Positions 1-11,515 of a stretch of 64,000 nucleotides of DNA are shown piece after piece. Below the pieces are notes generated by a model that was not told the DNA's origin, ran no database searches, and saw only the letters and a program-made list of their open reading frames with translations. Positions within the stretch are counted from its first letter, which is position 1; each line of letters starts with the position of its first letter. This stretch comes from an uncultured Gemmatimonadaceae bacterium (GTDB taxonomy: Bacteria; Gemmatimonadota; Gemmatimonadetes; Gemmatimonadales; Gemmatimonadaceae), in NCBI GenBank assembly GCA_963716745.1, contig OY970320.1, forward strand, positions 2,272,001 through 2,336,000. The letters are read 5' to 3'. The translations under genes and the position numbers were made by a program.

Positions 1-1
1 G

Positions 2-955
2 CCCAGCGGCACGAACGAACTCCTCATTGCCGTGAGCACGGTGAACGACCGCATCGTATGGGTGAGCGGCCAGCACGGCACGTGGCTGCGCACGACCGAT
101 GGCGGCATGCACTGGCAGGTGGGCCACGTGCCTGGTGCGGATTCGCTCCAGTTCCGCGATGTGCGCGCGGTGGATGCGAACACCGCGTATGTGTTGAGCA
201 TCGGCAACGGTTCGCAGTCGCGGATCTACAAGACCACAGATGCCGGCAAGCACTGGACGTTGCAGCTCACCAACAGCGATTCGGCCGGGTTCTACGACTG
301 CATGGATTTCTGGGACGCGAAGCGCGGGGTCATGGTCGGCGACGCCGTCGACGGACAAATCGTGATACTCACTACTATAAATGGTGGTGAGCGCTGGGAG
401 CGCGTGCGTGCGTCGGCGCTCCCGCCGGCGCTGCCGAACGAAGGGAGTTTCGCGGCGAGTGGTACATGCCTCGTCGCTCTCCCGGGAGGGAACGCCTGGA
501 TCGTGTCCAGCAACCCGTCGGAGGCGCGTCTCCTCCATACCTGGGATTTCGGCCAGAACTGGCGCCTCGAGAAACTACCCATCACGACGCACGCGGGGTC
601 GGGCCCGCAATCGGTGACTTTTCGCGACGCCGAGCACGGCGCCGTCTTCGGCGGCGGGAGCGCCGCGCTGCCGAGCGATCTGCTGGTGGCCACCACGAAC
701 GATGGCGGGCACACGTGGAAGCCGCGTGTGACGCCCGAACTGAAGCAGGCGATCTGGGCCGGAGTCTACGTGCCCGGCGCAAGTCCGACGGCGATCGTCG
801 CCGTGGGCCCCGGCGGCGCGGTGTACTCCCGTGACGACGGCGACACTTGGATCACGATCGACGACTTCGACTACTGGTCGGTAGGCTTCGCGTCTCCGCG
901 CGCCGGTTGGGCGGTGGGCGCGAAAGGGCGGATCACGAAATTATCGGGGTTCTGA
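2..955 (+). CDS. BNR/Asp-box (YCF48-like) beta-propeller protein, 5'-truncated by window edge
   Basis: Repeated Asp-box motifs (TTDGGMHW, TTDAGKHW, TINGGERW, TNDGGHTW, SRDDGDTW); frame open to window start. Confidence 0.85.
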   Translation, partial: PSGTNELLIAVSTVNDRIVWVSGQHGTWLRTTDGGMHWQVGHVPGADSLQFRDVRAVDANTAYVLSIGNGSQSRIYKTTDAGKHWTLQLTNSDSAGFYDCMDFWDAKRGVMVGDAVDGQIVILTTINGGERWERVRASALPPALPNEGSFAASGTCLVALPGGNAWIVSSNPSEARLLHTWDFGQNWRLEKLPITTHAGSGPQSVTFRDAEHGAVFGGGSAALPSDLLVATTNDGGHTWKPRVTPELKQAIWAGVYVPGASPTAIVAVGPGGAVYSRDDGDTWITIDDFDYWSVGFASPRAGWAVGAKGRITKLSGF

Positions 956-980
956 GAGATACTCTCGCAGCGAGGTTCAC

Positions 981-1445
981 ATGCGTCTCCACGTGTTGTT
1001 CGGCGTCGCGTTGTTCGCAGCGGCGTGCAAGCCCGCGCCCAAGCCCGTCACGAAAGAGGATGGGGAGGAGCAAGCCCAGGCGATGGCGGCAGCGGGTTCG
1101 CGACTGGATGTGCCGGCGCTCGTGAAGTTCATCCCGCAGACCGACCGCATCGTGTACGTGAGCGACACGAATCCGATCAGCGGCAATGCGTACGCGAAGG
1201 ACATCGGCGATTTCTACAAGACGCTGAGCAAACTGGATTATCACTGGGAGAAACTCGAATCGCTCCCCATCAGCGACAACGCCGTGATCGTGACGGGATG
1301 GGCGAGCATCACGACCGTGCCGCTCAAGGGCCAACCCGAGTCGGTGAAGGCGATCGTGACCATGGTGTTCGTGCGCGATTCGACGGGGTGGAAACGAGTG
1401 ATCTCGCACAAGACGACCATTCGTCCGGCCATGGCGCTCAAGTAG
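981..1445 (+). CDS. NTF2-like/DUF4440 lipoprotein
   Basis: Lipobox LFAAAC; NTF2-like C-terminus TMVFVRDSTGWKRVISH. Confidence 0.7.
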   Translation: MRLHVLFGVALFAAACKPAPKPVTKEDGEEQAQAMAAAGSRLDVPALVKFIPQTDRIVYVSDTNPISGNAYAKDIGDFYKTLSKLDYHWEKLESLPISDNAVIVTGWASITTVPLKGQPESVKAIVTMVFVRDSTGWKRVISHKTTIRPAMALK

Positions 1446-1454
1446 CGAGCATGA

Positions 1455-1489
1455 TTGACATGATTGTACCTGCGCTAGTATGGTAGAAT
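1455..1489 (+). promoter_or_regulatory. Possible sigma70 promoter (extended -10 TGnTAGAAT; TTGACA nearby)
   Basis: TTGACA 1455-1460 and TG-G-TAGAAT 1481-1489 in an AT-rich gap; -35 spacing non-canonical. Confidence 0.35.
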
Positions 1490-1514
1490 CGTGTCCCGCA
1501 CCATGGAGGATCGC

Positions 1515-2210
1515 ATGCGCTCTACCACCCTCTCCACTCGCGCGCTGATCGCGACTGGCGCGCTGTTCTTCGCAGCGGTTTCCTCGGCACAACAGGCGCC
1601 GCACTCGGTCACCTGCGTGGACGGCACCACCGACATGTCCAACGCGAAGGCGCCCTGCAACGGGCACGGCGGCATCAAGCCCGCACGTGGCGCCGTAGCC
1701 GTGAATGCCGCGCCCGCGGCCGGCGCGGTGGCGGTGAATACTCCCGGCTCCGCCTCGAGCACTACGGCACCCGCACACACCAAACCCAAGCCGAAGCCCG
1801 CACCCCCGCCAGCACCCGGCTCCAGTACCGCTCTCAACGGGGGCACGAAGATCGAATCATCGCCGCGCGACCCGGCATCGCCGCAGAAGATCTCCACGGC
1901 CGCCAGCGGCGGCATTGGCAACACGGCCGTGCATAAGGAGGGTCAGCTCGGCGGCACCGGCAACACGGCAGTCGAGAAGGAGGGGCAAATGAATAAGGCC
2001 GCGGGTGGCGTCGGCAACACCGCGGTCATGAAGGAAGGACAGATGGGCCACGGCTCCGGCGGCATCGGTCAGACCACGGAGAGCAAGGCCTTTAAGAGCA
2101 CCGGCCGCTGCAAGGACGGCACCTACTCCACGACGAAGGACGTCACGACGCAGTGCTCGAGCCACGGCGGCGTATCGAAGATCTACTCTACCGGCGCCAC
2201 TCCTCCCTGA
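1515..2210 (+). CDS. Secreted low-complexity protein with two DUF3761-like C-x-DGT..C-x2-HGG modules and internal repeats
   Basis: SD GGAGG at 1505; signal peptide; CVDGT..CNGHGG and CKDGT..CSSHGG; 3x GGxGNTAVxKEGQ. Confidence 0.7.
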   Translation: MRSTTLSTRALIATGALFFAAVSSAQQAPHSVTCVDGTTDMSNAKAPCNGHGGIKPARGAVAVNAAPAAGAVAVNTPGSASSTTAPAHTKPKPKPAPPPAPGSSTALNGGTKIESSPRDPASPQKISTAASGGIGNTAVHKEGQLGGTGNTAVEKEGQMNKAAGGVGNTAVMKEGQMGHGSGGIGQTTESKAFKSTGRCKDGTYSTTKDVTTQCSSHGGVSKIYSTGATPP

Positions 2211-2764
2211 CCGCTTTCCGCATCCGCCGCGGTATCCCCTCCGATGCCGCGGCGCTCGCGGCCTTCGCCGCGCGCACATTCACCGACACATTCGGTTCGG
2301 CGAACGAGGACGCCCATCTCGCGGCGCATCTCGAAGAGCACTACGGACTGCCTCAGCAGACCCGAGAGCTCACCGACCCAACGCAGGTCATCCTCCTCGC
2401 CGAACACGACAGCGCCCTCGCGGGCTATGCGCATCTGCGAACGGGCGCACCGCCGCCCTGCGTCACCGGAGAGGCACCGGTCGAGATCGCCCGCTTCTAC
2501 GTCGACCGCCCGCACCATGGATCCGGCCTCGCGCAACAATTGATGACGGCGGCCCGTAGTGCCGCTAGCGACATGGGCGCCCGCACGCTCTGGCTCGGCG
2601 TGTGGGAGCACAATCCTCGTGCCATCGCGTACTACGCCAAGAGCGGCTTGCGCGATGTCGGTTCGGCTGATTTCTTCGTCGGTCCGGATAGGCAGACGGA
2701 TCGCATCATGGTCGCGAGTTTGAGCGATCGAGACAACTCATCCACGGTGGAGAAGGCACAATGA
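2207..2764 (+). CDS. GNAT N-acetyltransferase (PaiA-like); start uncertain
   Basis: RFYVDRPHHGSGLA and LWLGVWEHNPRAIAYY motifs. Confidence 0.85.
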   Translation: MTAFRIRRGIPSDAAALAAFAARTFTDTFGSANEDAHLAAHLEEHYGLPQQTRELTDPTQVILLAEHDSALAGYAHLRTGAPPPCVTGEAPVEIARFYVDRPHHGSGLAQQLMTAARSAASDMGARTLWLGVWEHNPRAIAYYAKSGLRDVGSADFFVGPDRQTDRIMVASLSDRDNSSTVEKAQ

Positions 2765-5700
2765 AGCTCTTCGGTCTCTCGATGCGCGATGCACGATGCG
2801 CGATGTACGCTCTTCTGATCGCGACGCCGGCTACGGCCCAGACCAAACTGCTTCGATTCCCCGACGTGCACGGAGACAAGGTCGTCTTCACGTACGCCGG
2901 CGATCTCTGGACCGCCTCCACCTCCGGCGGCACCGCGACGCATCTCACCACGCATCCGGGCCTCGAACTCTTCGCGAAATTCTCCCCCGACGGGAAATGG
3001 ATCGCCTTCACCGGCCAGTACGACGGCGATGAACAGGTGTACGTGATCCCCGCCTCCGGCGGCGTGCCGAAGCAGCTCACGTTCTATCCCGCGCACGGCC
3101 CGCTCACGGAACGCTGGGGTTACGACAACCAAGTGGATGGCTGGACGCCCGACGGCAAGCGCATCGTCTATCGCAGCCTGCGCGGCAGTTGGACGCTCGG
3201 CACGAACCTCCTCTATACGGTACCGGTGGAAGGCGGCGCGTCGGTGCCGCTGCCGATGCCGATGGCGGGCTCCGGCTCGTATTCGCCCGACGGCAAGCAG
3301 ATGGTCTATTCGCCGCTCTTCCGCGACTTCCGCTCCGAGAAGCGCTACGGCGGCGGACAGGCGAATCGTCTCTGGATCTTCGATTTCGCGACGAATACCG
3401 CGAAGCCCATCTCCGAAGGGCCGCGCGCCGAGCGCGATGAGATGTGGATCGGCAGCACGATCTATTACAACACCGACAAGACCGGCACCTTCAATCTTTG
3501 GGCGTACGACGTCGCCACCGGCACACGCAAGCAGATCACGCAGAGCACGAAGTGGGACACGCGCTGGCCGAGCCGCGGCGACAATGGCCGCATCATCTAC
3601 GAGAGCGCCGGCGAGCTGCAGCTCCTCGACACGAAGACGGGCAAGAGCACGCCGATCTCGATCGACGTCCCCGACGATGGCGTCTCCTCGCGTCCCGCGC
3701 ACATCTCGGCGGCGAACAACATCGAATGGTTCTCGCTGAGCCCCAAGGGCGAGCGCGCGCTGTTCGCCGCGCGCGGCGACATCTTCACCGCGCCGGTGGA
3801 GAAGGGCCCCACGCGGAATCTCACGAACTCGTCCAACGCGCACGACCGCGACGCGCGCTGGTCGCCGAACGGCAAGGAGATCGCATACATCTCGGACCAG
3901 AGCGGCGAAGAAGAGATCTGGGTGGTCGCGCAGGACGGCAGCAGCAAGCCGCAGCAGCTCACCACCACGCTCAAGGCGCGGCTTTCCGCGCCCGAATGGT
4001 CGGCCGACAGCAAGAGTCTCGCGTTCGGCGACATCTACGGGCGCGTGTACGTGCTCGACCGCGGCGACAAGAAGCTCACCGAGGTCGCGCACGATCCGCG
4101 CAATCAGGTGTTCGACTACGTGTGGTCGCCACGCGGCAACTTCCTCGCGTTCACGCTCACCGACATGGTGGGTGAGCAGTCGGTGTACGTCTGGAACGGC
4201 GCCGATGGCAAAGTGCATCCCGTCACCGGCCATCCGTTCAGCGAATACCAGCCGGCGTGGGATCCGGACGGCAACTACTCTGTACTTCCTGAGCGACCGC
4301 GAGTACCAGCCGCTCATCTCGAACTTCGAATTCAACTACGCGGTGGCGCGCACAACGGGGATCTTCGCCGTCACGCTGCGCAAGGATGTGAAGAATCCGT
4401 TCCCGATGGAGAGCGATGAGGTCTCCACCGGCCCGGACACGACGGCGAAATCGGATTCCGCCAAAGGCGGCAAGGACGCGAAGAAGGAGCCGGACGCCGC
4501 GAAGCCGGCCCCGCTCACGATCGACTTCGATGGCATCGAGACGCGCGTCGCGCGCGTGCCGGTTGAGGCCGACAACATCGGCGGACTGAGCGCCAAGAAG
4601 GGCTCGCTCATCTATCTCGTCTTCGGCAATCCCTACTATGGCCGCGAGAGCGACCGGAAGACGGCGCTCAAGATCTTCGGCATGAAGGACCGCAAGGAGA
4701 ACATCCTCTACGACGATGTGAACGGTTACGAGCTCTCGGCCGACGGCAGCAAGATCCTGCTGTCGTCCGCCGGTGCCTACCAGATGATCGACGCGAGCGC
4801 CGGCGGCGGTTCGTCCAAGAAGACCGTCTCCACCGCGGGGCTGATGGTGGACCGCATTCCCTCGCAGGAATACGCGCAGATCTTCAACGAAGTGTGGCGT
4901 CGCTACCGCGACTACTTCTACGTGCAGAACATGCACGGCTACGACTGGAACGCGCTGCACGACCAGTACGCGCCGCTGCTCAAGTACGTGCAGCATCGCT
5001 CGGACCTGAACTACGTGATCGCCGAGATGCTGGCGGAACTCAGCATCCAGCACGCGTACATCGCGGGCGGCGACTGGCAGCGTCCGCAGCGGCCCGGTGT
5101 CGCGCTCGCGGGCGCGGTGTTCAACGTGGATTCGGCGAGCGGGCGTTATCGCATCGCGGCGATCTACCCGGGGCAGAACGAAGAGCCGTGGTACCGCTCG
5201 CCGCTCACCGAGGTCGGCGTGAACGCGTCGGCGGGCGAGTACGTGCTCAAGATCGACGGCCAGGATCTCACCGGCACTACCGACATCTACGAGATGCTGC
5301 GCTACAAGGCCGACCGCCCGGTGGAACTCACGCTCGCGAAGTCGGCGAAGGGCGACGGCATGCACACCACGACGTATCGGCCGATCCGCGCCGAGGACGA
5401 TCTCGTGTACTTCACGTGGGTGCAGGGCAACCGGCATCGCGTGGACTCGGCGACGGGCGGCAAGATCGCGTACCTGCACATTCCCGACATGGGGAGCGAA
5501 GGCATTCGCGAGTTCATCAAGTGGTACTACCCGCAGCTCCGAAAGCAGGGGATGATCGTGGACGTGCGCGCGAATGGCGGCGGCAACGTGTCACAGATGC
5601 TCATCGAGCGGCTGCAGCTCACCCTGCTCGCCACGGAATTCTCGCGCACCGATTCAGGCACGGGTGTGTATCCGGGCGCGGCGTTCCTCGGTCCGAAGGT

Positions 5701-6067
5701 GGCGCTGCTGGATGAACGGTCGAGTTCCGACGGCGACATCTTCCCGGCGATGTTCAAGGCGGCGAAGATCGGCCCGCTCATCGGCAAGCGCTCGTGGGGC
5801 GGCGTGGTGGGGATCAGCGACCACGGACAGCTGATCGACGGCGGCACCGTGAACGTGCCGGAGTCGGCGACCGCGAGCGCGAAGGGCGAGTGGATCATCG
5901 AGGGCTTCGGCGTGGAGCCGGACATCGAGGTGGAGAACGATCCGGCCTCCTTGATCGCCGGGAAGGACCCGCAGCTCGAGCGCGCGATCTCGGAAGTGAT
6001 GACCATGCTCAAGACGAATCCGGGGATCTTGCCCAAGCGGCCGGCGGATCGGGTGAAGACGCATTGA
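2761..6067 (+). CDS. Tricorn protease-like S41 peptidase; frameshift near 4280
   Basis: LLRFPDVHGDKVVFTYAGDLW N-terminus, WD40/PD40 repeats, PDZ, DVRANGGG and SSDGD catalytic motifs; two ORFs joined. Confidence 0.92.
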
Positions 6068-6074
6068 GTACGGC

Positions 6075-6098
6075 TCGGGAGTCGGGAGTCGGGAATCG
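6075..6098 (+). repeat. Heptamer tandem (TCGGGAR)x3
   Basis: TCGGGAG TCGGGAG TCGGGAA TCG, intergenic. Confidence 0.8.
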
Positions 6099-7469
6099 AT
6101 GACAGCGAACGGCCGAAGGATCGTTGCGCTCGCGCTCTCGTTGCCGCTTGCCCTGCACGGGCAAGCGGCAACGGGGGTGCAGCGCGTCACCGACTCGCTC
6201 GCGATGGCGTTCATCGCCGCGAAGGGCGCCCCCAGCGTCGCGATCTCCGTCGTGCGCGGCAACGATACGCTCGTGATGAAGGCGTGGGGGATGGCCGATC
6301 TCGAATTGTCCGTTCCCGCCACCGCGCGCAGCGTCTACAAGATCGGATCGGTCACGAAACAGTTCACGTCGTCAATGGTGATGCAGCTCGTCGAGCAGGG
6401 AAAGGTGAAGCTCGACGATTCGATCGCCACGTACCTTCCGGCACTTCCGCTCGCGTGGCACACGGTCACGGTGCGCCAACTGCTCAACCACACCTCGGGC
6501 ATTCCCAGCTACACCGACATTGGCCAGCGCTGGGTGCGGCGCTGGGGCGACGAGATGTCGCCGGACTCTCTCGTCGCGCTCACCGCCAATGACTCGATGT
6601 GGTTCGCGCCCGGCACGAAATGGCGCTACGACAATTCCGGCTACATCGTGCTCGGCATGCTCGTGGAGAAGATCACGGGCAAGTCATGGGGCGCGAACGT
6701 CATTGAACGCTTCGCCAAGCCGCTCGGCCTCCCCGATACGCGCGAATGCCTCACCGACCCGATCATCCCGCGCCGCGTCGCCGGCTACTATGCCGACAGC
6801 GGCACGTGGCACAACGCGCCGTACCTCGCGATGTCGCAGCCGTACGCGGCCGGCTCGCTTTGCTCCACCATTGGCGACCTCGCGAAGTGGAATCGCGCGC
6901 TCAATACTGGCCACGTGGTCTCGGCGGGATCCTACACCACGATGACGACGCCCACCGGTGCGGCCGCCGCCGTCCACTACGGGTTCGGGATCGGTGTCGA
7001 CTCGATCGCCGGGCACGCCGTCATCACTCACAATGGCGGCATTCACGGCTTCAGTTCTGCGAACATGTGGGTTCCAAGCGCGCAGCTGTCGGTGACGGTG
7101 CTCAGCAACGGCAACGACGCGCTCGTTGGCACGCTCGCCAAACAGATCGTGCGCGCCGCACTCGGCCTGCCGTTCGAGCAACCGCCGAAGGCGGTCGCTC
7201 TCACTGCCGCGGATCGCGCGAAATACCTTGGCATCTATGCATTGGTGCTTCCCGACGGCCCCCACGATTTCACGATCGCCGCCCAAGGCGAAGGATTGAC
7301 CGCGCAACTTGTGGGGCAGGGCGCCAATCCCATTCGATACCTGGGCAATGACACCTTCGGCGTGGATTTCGATCCGAAGTTGCGGATCACTTTCAGCGTA
7401 GAGAATGGCCGCGCGACGAAACTGACGCTCCTCCAGAACGGCGCGACGTTCCTGGGCACCAGGAAATAA
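6099..7469 (+). CDS. Serine hydrolase, beta-lactamase/AmpC-like family, with C-terminal accessory domain
   Basis: SVTK (SxxK), LLNHTSG, YDN, HNG motifs; signal peptide. Confidence 0.92.
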   Translation: MTANGRRIVALALSLPLALHGQAATGVQRVTDSLAMAFIAAKGAPSVAISVVRGNDTLVMKAWGMADLELSVPATARSVYKIGSVTKQFTSSMVMQLVEQGKVKLDDSIATYLPALPLAWHTVTVRQLLNHTSGIPSYTDIGQRWVRRWGDEMSPDSLVALTANDSMWFAPGTKWRYDNSGYIVLGMLVEKITGKSWGANVIERFAKPLGLPDTRECLTDPIIPRRVAGYYADSGTWHNAPYLAMSQPYAAGSLCSTIGDLAKWNRALNTGHVVSAGSYTTMTTPTGAAAAVHYGFGIGVDSIAGHAVITHNGGIHGFSSANMWVPSAQLSVTVLSNGNDALVGTLAKQIVRAALGLPFEQPPKAVALTAADRAKYLGIYALVLPDGPHDFTIAAQGEGLTAQLVGQGANPIRYLGNDTFGVDFDPKLRITFSVENGRATKLTLLQNGATFLGTRK

Positions 7470-7484
7470 TCCCCGCCGTCGTTA

Positions 7485-7513
7485 GCGACAGCCGACAGCC
7501 GACAGCCCGCTTC
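7485..7513 (+). repeat. (CCGACAG)3 mini-element
   Basis: GCGACAGCCGACAGCCGACAGCCCGCTTC; related copies at 10048(-), 35861, 37675, 57468. Confidence 0.8.
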
Positions 7514-7514
7514 T

Positions 7515-7535
7515 TCACGAAACCTGCACAACGCG
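7515..7535 (+). promoter_or_regulatory. Candidate OmpR-family binding site (autoregulation)
   Basis: TCACGAAACCTGCACAACGCG, 11-bp direct repeat matching 9969-9989. Confidence 0.6.
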
Positions 7536-7573
7536 TACCTCCCACCGCCGCGCTGCGGGCCGCAGTTTAGAGC

Positions 7574-9269
7574 ATGGCAAGAACCGCCCGACGCGTCCTC
7601 TGGCTCGAGCTCCTGCTCGTGGGCTCGCTCGCAGCGGTCGCGCTCATCCTCGCGCAGACTTACCGCGCCGCCACATCGAATCGCGGCGTGGCCGAAGGCG
7701 CGATGCGCGATTACGCCGGCTTTGCCGCGTGGAGTTATCGCGAGCACTTGATGACGCAGGTGCGCGACGCGATCGACGAGGCGCTCGGCCCGGTCAATCA
7801 TGGGACGGGGCTGCACATGGGCACCGAAGTCCCCGACGCGTCGGATCTCGCGCACTATCTGCGCTGGGATCCGACGTGCCAGTGTCACGTGCCGCGCCGC
7901 GGGCCGGTTCCCGAGCGCTACTATGCCTTCGCGCTCGGCAGCGACTCGTTGGCCATCGTCACGAATCGCGCTCCCGCCGGATCGCCCGGCTGGCTCGTGG
8001 ATCCGCCGCCGGGAGAGTCGCGGCGCCAACGCGCGCTCGAGCGCGCCACCGGCGACGCCGCGTGGATCAACGCACTGCTCACGAAGACCGCGCGCCACTT
8101 GCCGCGCTCGAACTGGGGCTACGACCTGATCGTGGCACCGCGCGGCGGTGAGCCGCATGTGTTCGCGTCGCGCTCCATGCCCACGGTGTACGGCGACACG
8201 ATCATCTATGCGCTCGAGTACGATCGCCCGGCGGTCGCCAAGGCGCTCGGCCAGGTGCTCGCATCGAATGATCTGCTCCCGCCGTCGCTGGTCGCCGCGC
8301 CAGGCGACAGCGGCGCCATCGATCTCGAAGTGACCGACGCCGACGGCAATTCGCTCTTCCGCACGAGCGACCACATCGACTGGCGGCAGCCCTCCGAGTC
8401 GCAGCTGCCCGCCGACTACGGCGGCCTTCGTGTGCGCGCGCAGCTCCATCCGCGCCTCGCCAACGCGCTGCTCATCGGCGGCACGCCGCGCTCGCGCGTG
8501 CCGCTGCTGCTGGTATTGCTCGCGCTCGCGATCGGGCTCACGGTGTTCGCCGCGGTGCTGCTGCGCCGCGAGGTGCGCTTCGCTGCCGAGCGTGCGGACT
8601 TCGTCGCGAGCGTCTCGCATGAACTGCGCACGCCGCTCACGCAGGTGCGGCTGGTGCTCGACACGCTGAGGCTTGGCCGCGAGGGCGATACGGCGACACG
8701 CGAGTCCGCACTCGGCATCGCCGACCGCGAAGTGCTGCGGTTGCAGCATCTCGGTGGAGGGCGTGCTGCGCTTCACGCGCGGACCACGCAAGGATGAATC
8801 GCCGCGCCTGGATGGCGACGTCCTCGCAGAGAGCCGCGAAGTCGTGCGCGAATTCCAGCCACTCGCCGAGCCGAAGGGAGTCACCGTGTGCGTGGAAGGG
8901 CAGGGCACTGTGACCGCCGCGATGCAGCGCGGAGCGCTCCGTCAGCTGCTGCTCAATCTCCTCGACAACGCGGTGAAGTACGGCCGCGATCGCAGCATAG
9001 TGACTGTGAACGTAAGCCCGCGCGAGGGCGGGGGCGCGCGCATCGCGGTGACCGACGCCGGCCCGGGCGTACCGGCAGCCGACCGCGAGCGCATCTGGCG
9101 CGCGTTCGAACGCGGCGGCGCGGCGCGTGCGCATGCGGCGGGCGGGAGCGGCATCGGCCTCACGATCGTGCGGCAGATCGCGGAGGAGCATGGCGGGCGC
9201 GCATGGGTGGAGGAGGCGAGCGGCGGCGGCGCGCGCTTCGTCGTGGACATCGGCGCGGCAGCAAGCTAG
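7574..9269 (+). CDS. Membrane sensor histidine kinase; frameshift near 8752
   Basis: Two TM segments, H-box SVSHELRTPL, NLLDNAVKY, DAGPG, GSGIGL. Confidence 0.92.
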
Positions 9270-9955
9270 TGCCGCGCGTACTGGTGGTGGAGGACCAGCG
9301 CGACCTCGCATCGCTGCTCGCGCACAATCTCAAGATCGAGGGGCTCGACGTTCGCACGGTGGAGGACGGCCGAGAAGTGATGCCGCTCGCGCGCTCATGG
9401 GCGCCCGACTTGGTGATCCTCGATCTCATGCTCCCGGGGATGGACGGCTACGAGGTGCTCCGCGCCCTGCGCGCAGTATGGGCCGATCTTCCCGTGCTCA
9501 TCCTGTCGGCGCGCGGCGAGGAGCAGGACAAGATTCGCGGGTTCCGGCTAGATGCCGATCAGTACGTCACCAAGCCGTTCAGCCTGCTCGAGCTGCTCGA
9601 GCGCGTGCACGCACTGCTCCGGCGCGCGTCGCGCGAAGCGGCCGCGCCGGCAACGGGACTGCTCAGCTTCGGCGACGTGATCGTGGACCCCTCGTCGCGC
9701 ACCGTCACGCGCGCGGGAGAATCGGTGACGCTCCCGCCCAAGGCGTTCGACCTGCTGCTGTCGCTCATCCGGCGCGACGGCAAGGTGGCCACGCGCGTGG
9801 AACTGCTGCGCGAGGTGTGGGGCTACGGGCCGCTCGTGCTCTCGCGCACGGTGGACTCGCACATCGTGGAACTGCGGCGCAAACTCGAGACCGATCCGGC
9901 CAATCCGCGGCACCTCGTCACGGTCTTCAAGATGGGATACCGCTTCGAACGCTGA
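9269..9955 (+). CDS. OmpR/PhoB-family response regulator
   Basis: VLVVEDQ, LDLMLPGMDG, KPF, winged-helix SRTVDSHIVELRRKLE..GYRF; GTG overlaps kinase stop. Confidence 0.95.
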   Translation: MPRVLVVEDQRDLASLLAHNLKIEGLDVRTVEDGREVMPLARSWAPDLVILDLMLPGMDGYEVLRALRAVWADLPVLILSARGEEQDKIRGFRLDADQYVTKPFSLLELLERVHALLRRASREAAAPATGLLSFGDVIVDPSSRTVTRAGESVTLPPKAFDLLLSLIRRDGKVATRVELLREVWGYGPLVLSRTVDSHIVELRRKLETDPANPRHLVTVFKMGYRFER

Positions 9956-9968
9956 GCCGCGGGCCGCG

Positions 9969-9989
9969 TCACAACTCCTGAACAACTCG
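9969..9989 (+). promoter_or_regulatory. Candidate OmpR-family binding site upstream of sulfur operon
   Basis: ACAACTC repeated at 9971 and 9982 (11-bp period). Confidence 0.65.
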
Positions 9990-10093
9990 CGCACGTGAAC
10001 GCCACCACTTCGTGGGGGGCGAACGGCATCGTTCTGCGAACAACGGACTGTTGGCTGTCGGCTGTGGCCAACTACTCAAATGGAGGCATGACG

Positions 10094-10996
10094 ATGACGA
10101 ATCCGATCAAGCTGCTCATCGCGGGGATCCTGATGCTCTTCTTCGGCGAGCCGAATCCGAAGCTTCTGATCACGCCCGCGGAACTCAACGCGAAGCTCAG
10201 CGATCCCAAGCTCGTGATCTTGCAGGTCGGGCCGCTCGAGGACTACGAGGCCGGTCACATTCCCGGCGCGCGGCTGGTCACGATGGAGGATCTCAACATC
10301 GAGCGCACGAGCACGGGCGTGGCGCTCGAGCTGCCCGACACCGCGACGCTGCGCAAGCGCCTGGAGAAGATCGGCATCTCGAACGACAGCTGGATCGTCG
10401 TCGCCGGCGGCGCCGACTGGGTGTCGCCTGCGACCCGGGTCGTGTTCACGCTCGAAGCGGCAGGCCTCGGTGCCCGGACGCAATTCCTGGATGGCGGCGC
10501 GAAGGGGTGGAAGCGTGCCGGTTTCGCGTTCACGACGGATGATCCGCCGGCGCCGCGCCACGGAACGCTCACGCTCGCGCAGGACCGCTGGGTCGTCGTG
10601 GATCACACCTGGATCCAGGCACACATCGGCGACCCGCACATTCGCATCATCGACGGCCGCGCGCCCGTGTTCTACGAAGGCGTCGGCATGCCTGAGCATG
10701 GCACGCCTGGCGGCCACATCGCCGGCGCGAAGAACATCCCCTTCAATACGCTCACCGACGATTCGCTTGTCGTCCTGCCGATGGATTCCCTCCGCAAAGT
10801 GTTCGCCGCCGCGGGCGTGAAGCCCGGCGACACGGTGGCCGCGTACTGCCATGTGGGACAACAGGCGACGGTCGTGATCTTCGCGGCGCGCTTGCTCGGC
10901 ATTCCCGCGCGCCTCTATGACGGTTCGATGACGGAATGGCAGTCGCTCAAGCTGCCGATCGAGAATCCCAACCCGAACGCGAAGCCGGCGCCGTGA
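10094..10996 (+). CDS. Tandem-domain rhodanese/sulfurtransferase, probably exported
   Basis: GHIPGA, GHIAGA, active-site YCHVGQQA, LYDGSMTEW; hydrophobic N-terminus; SD GGAGG. Confidence 0.92.
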   Translation: MTNPIKLLIAGILMLFFGEPNPKLLITPAELNAKLSDPKLVILQVGPLEDYEAGHIPGARLVTMEDLNIERTSTGVALELPDTATLRKRLEKIGISNDSWIVVAGGADWVSPATRVVFTLEAAGLGARTQFLDGGAKGWKRAGFAFTTDDPPAPRHGTLTLAQDRWVVVDHTWIQAHIGDPHIRIIDGRAPVFYEGVGMPEHGTPGGHIAGAKNIPFNTLTDDSLVVLPMDSLRKVFAAAGVKPGDTVAAYCHVGQQATVVIFAARLLGIPARLYDGSMTEWQSLKLPIENPNPNAKPAP

Positions 10997-11515
10997 GCCA
11001 CAGCGCGCCGCGTGGCTATGCCGATGCCGGCTGGAGTGGCATCGCGCTCGGCGCGCTCCTCGCGTTCTCCTTCATCGTCGCGGGGCGGGGGCTCGGTGCG
11101 TCTGGAGCCTTCGCCGCCGCGGCGGGTGATGCGCTCGCGCGCATGGCGCCCGCCGCCACCGCGGCCGATCCCACGCTCGCCGACCGGCTGCCGGCGGATG
11201 TTCCGCTGCTCGGCGATTGGATCGTGCTCGAGATCATCGGCGTCTTCGTGGGCGGCGCGATCTCGGCGTGGCTCGCAGGGCGCATGCACCGTTCGATCGT
11301 GCCGCTCTCGCCAATGCGAATCGCGCGCGCCGGCGCGGGCGGCGCGCTCATGGGCGTGGGCGCGCGACTCGCCTACGGCTGCACGAGCGGATTGGCGCTC
11401 ACGGGCGGTGCGCTGCTGTCTACCGGCGCGTGGATCTTCATCCCAGCTCGCGTTCGGCACGGCCATGATCGTGACGCTCGTCGCGCGCGGGCGGCGCGAG
11501 GATCCCGTCCCATGA
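10993..11515 (+). CDS. YeeE/YedE sulfur-compound transporter subunit; frameshift near 11445
   Basis: GRGLGASG and GARLAYGCTSG motifs. Confidence 0.85.

Noticed and set aside
7870..7890. Heme c motif in the sensor kinase
   Set aside because: The sequence is CQCH (CxCH), not CxxCH.
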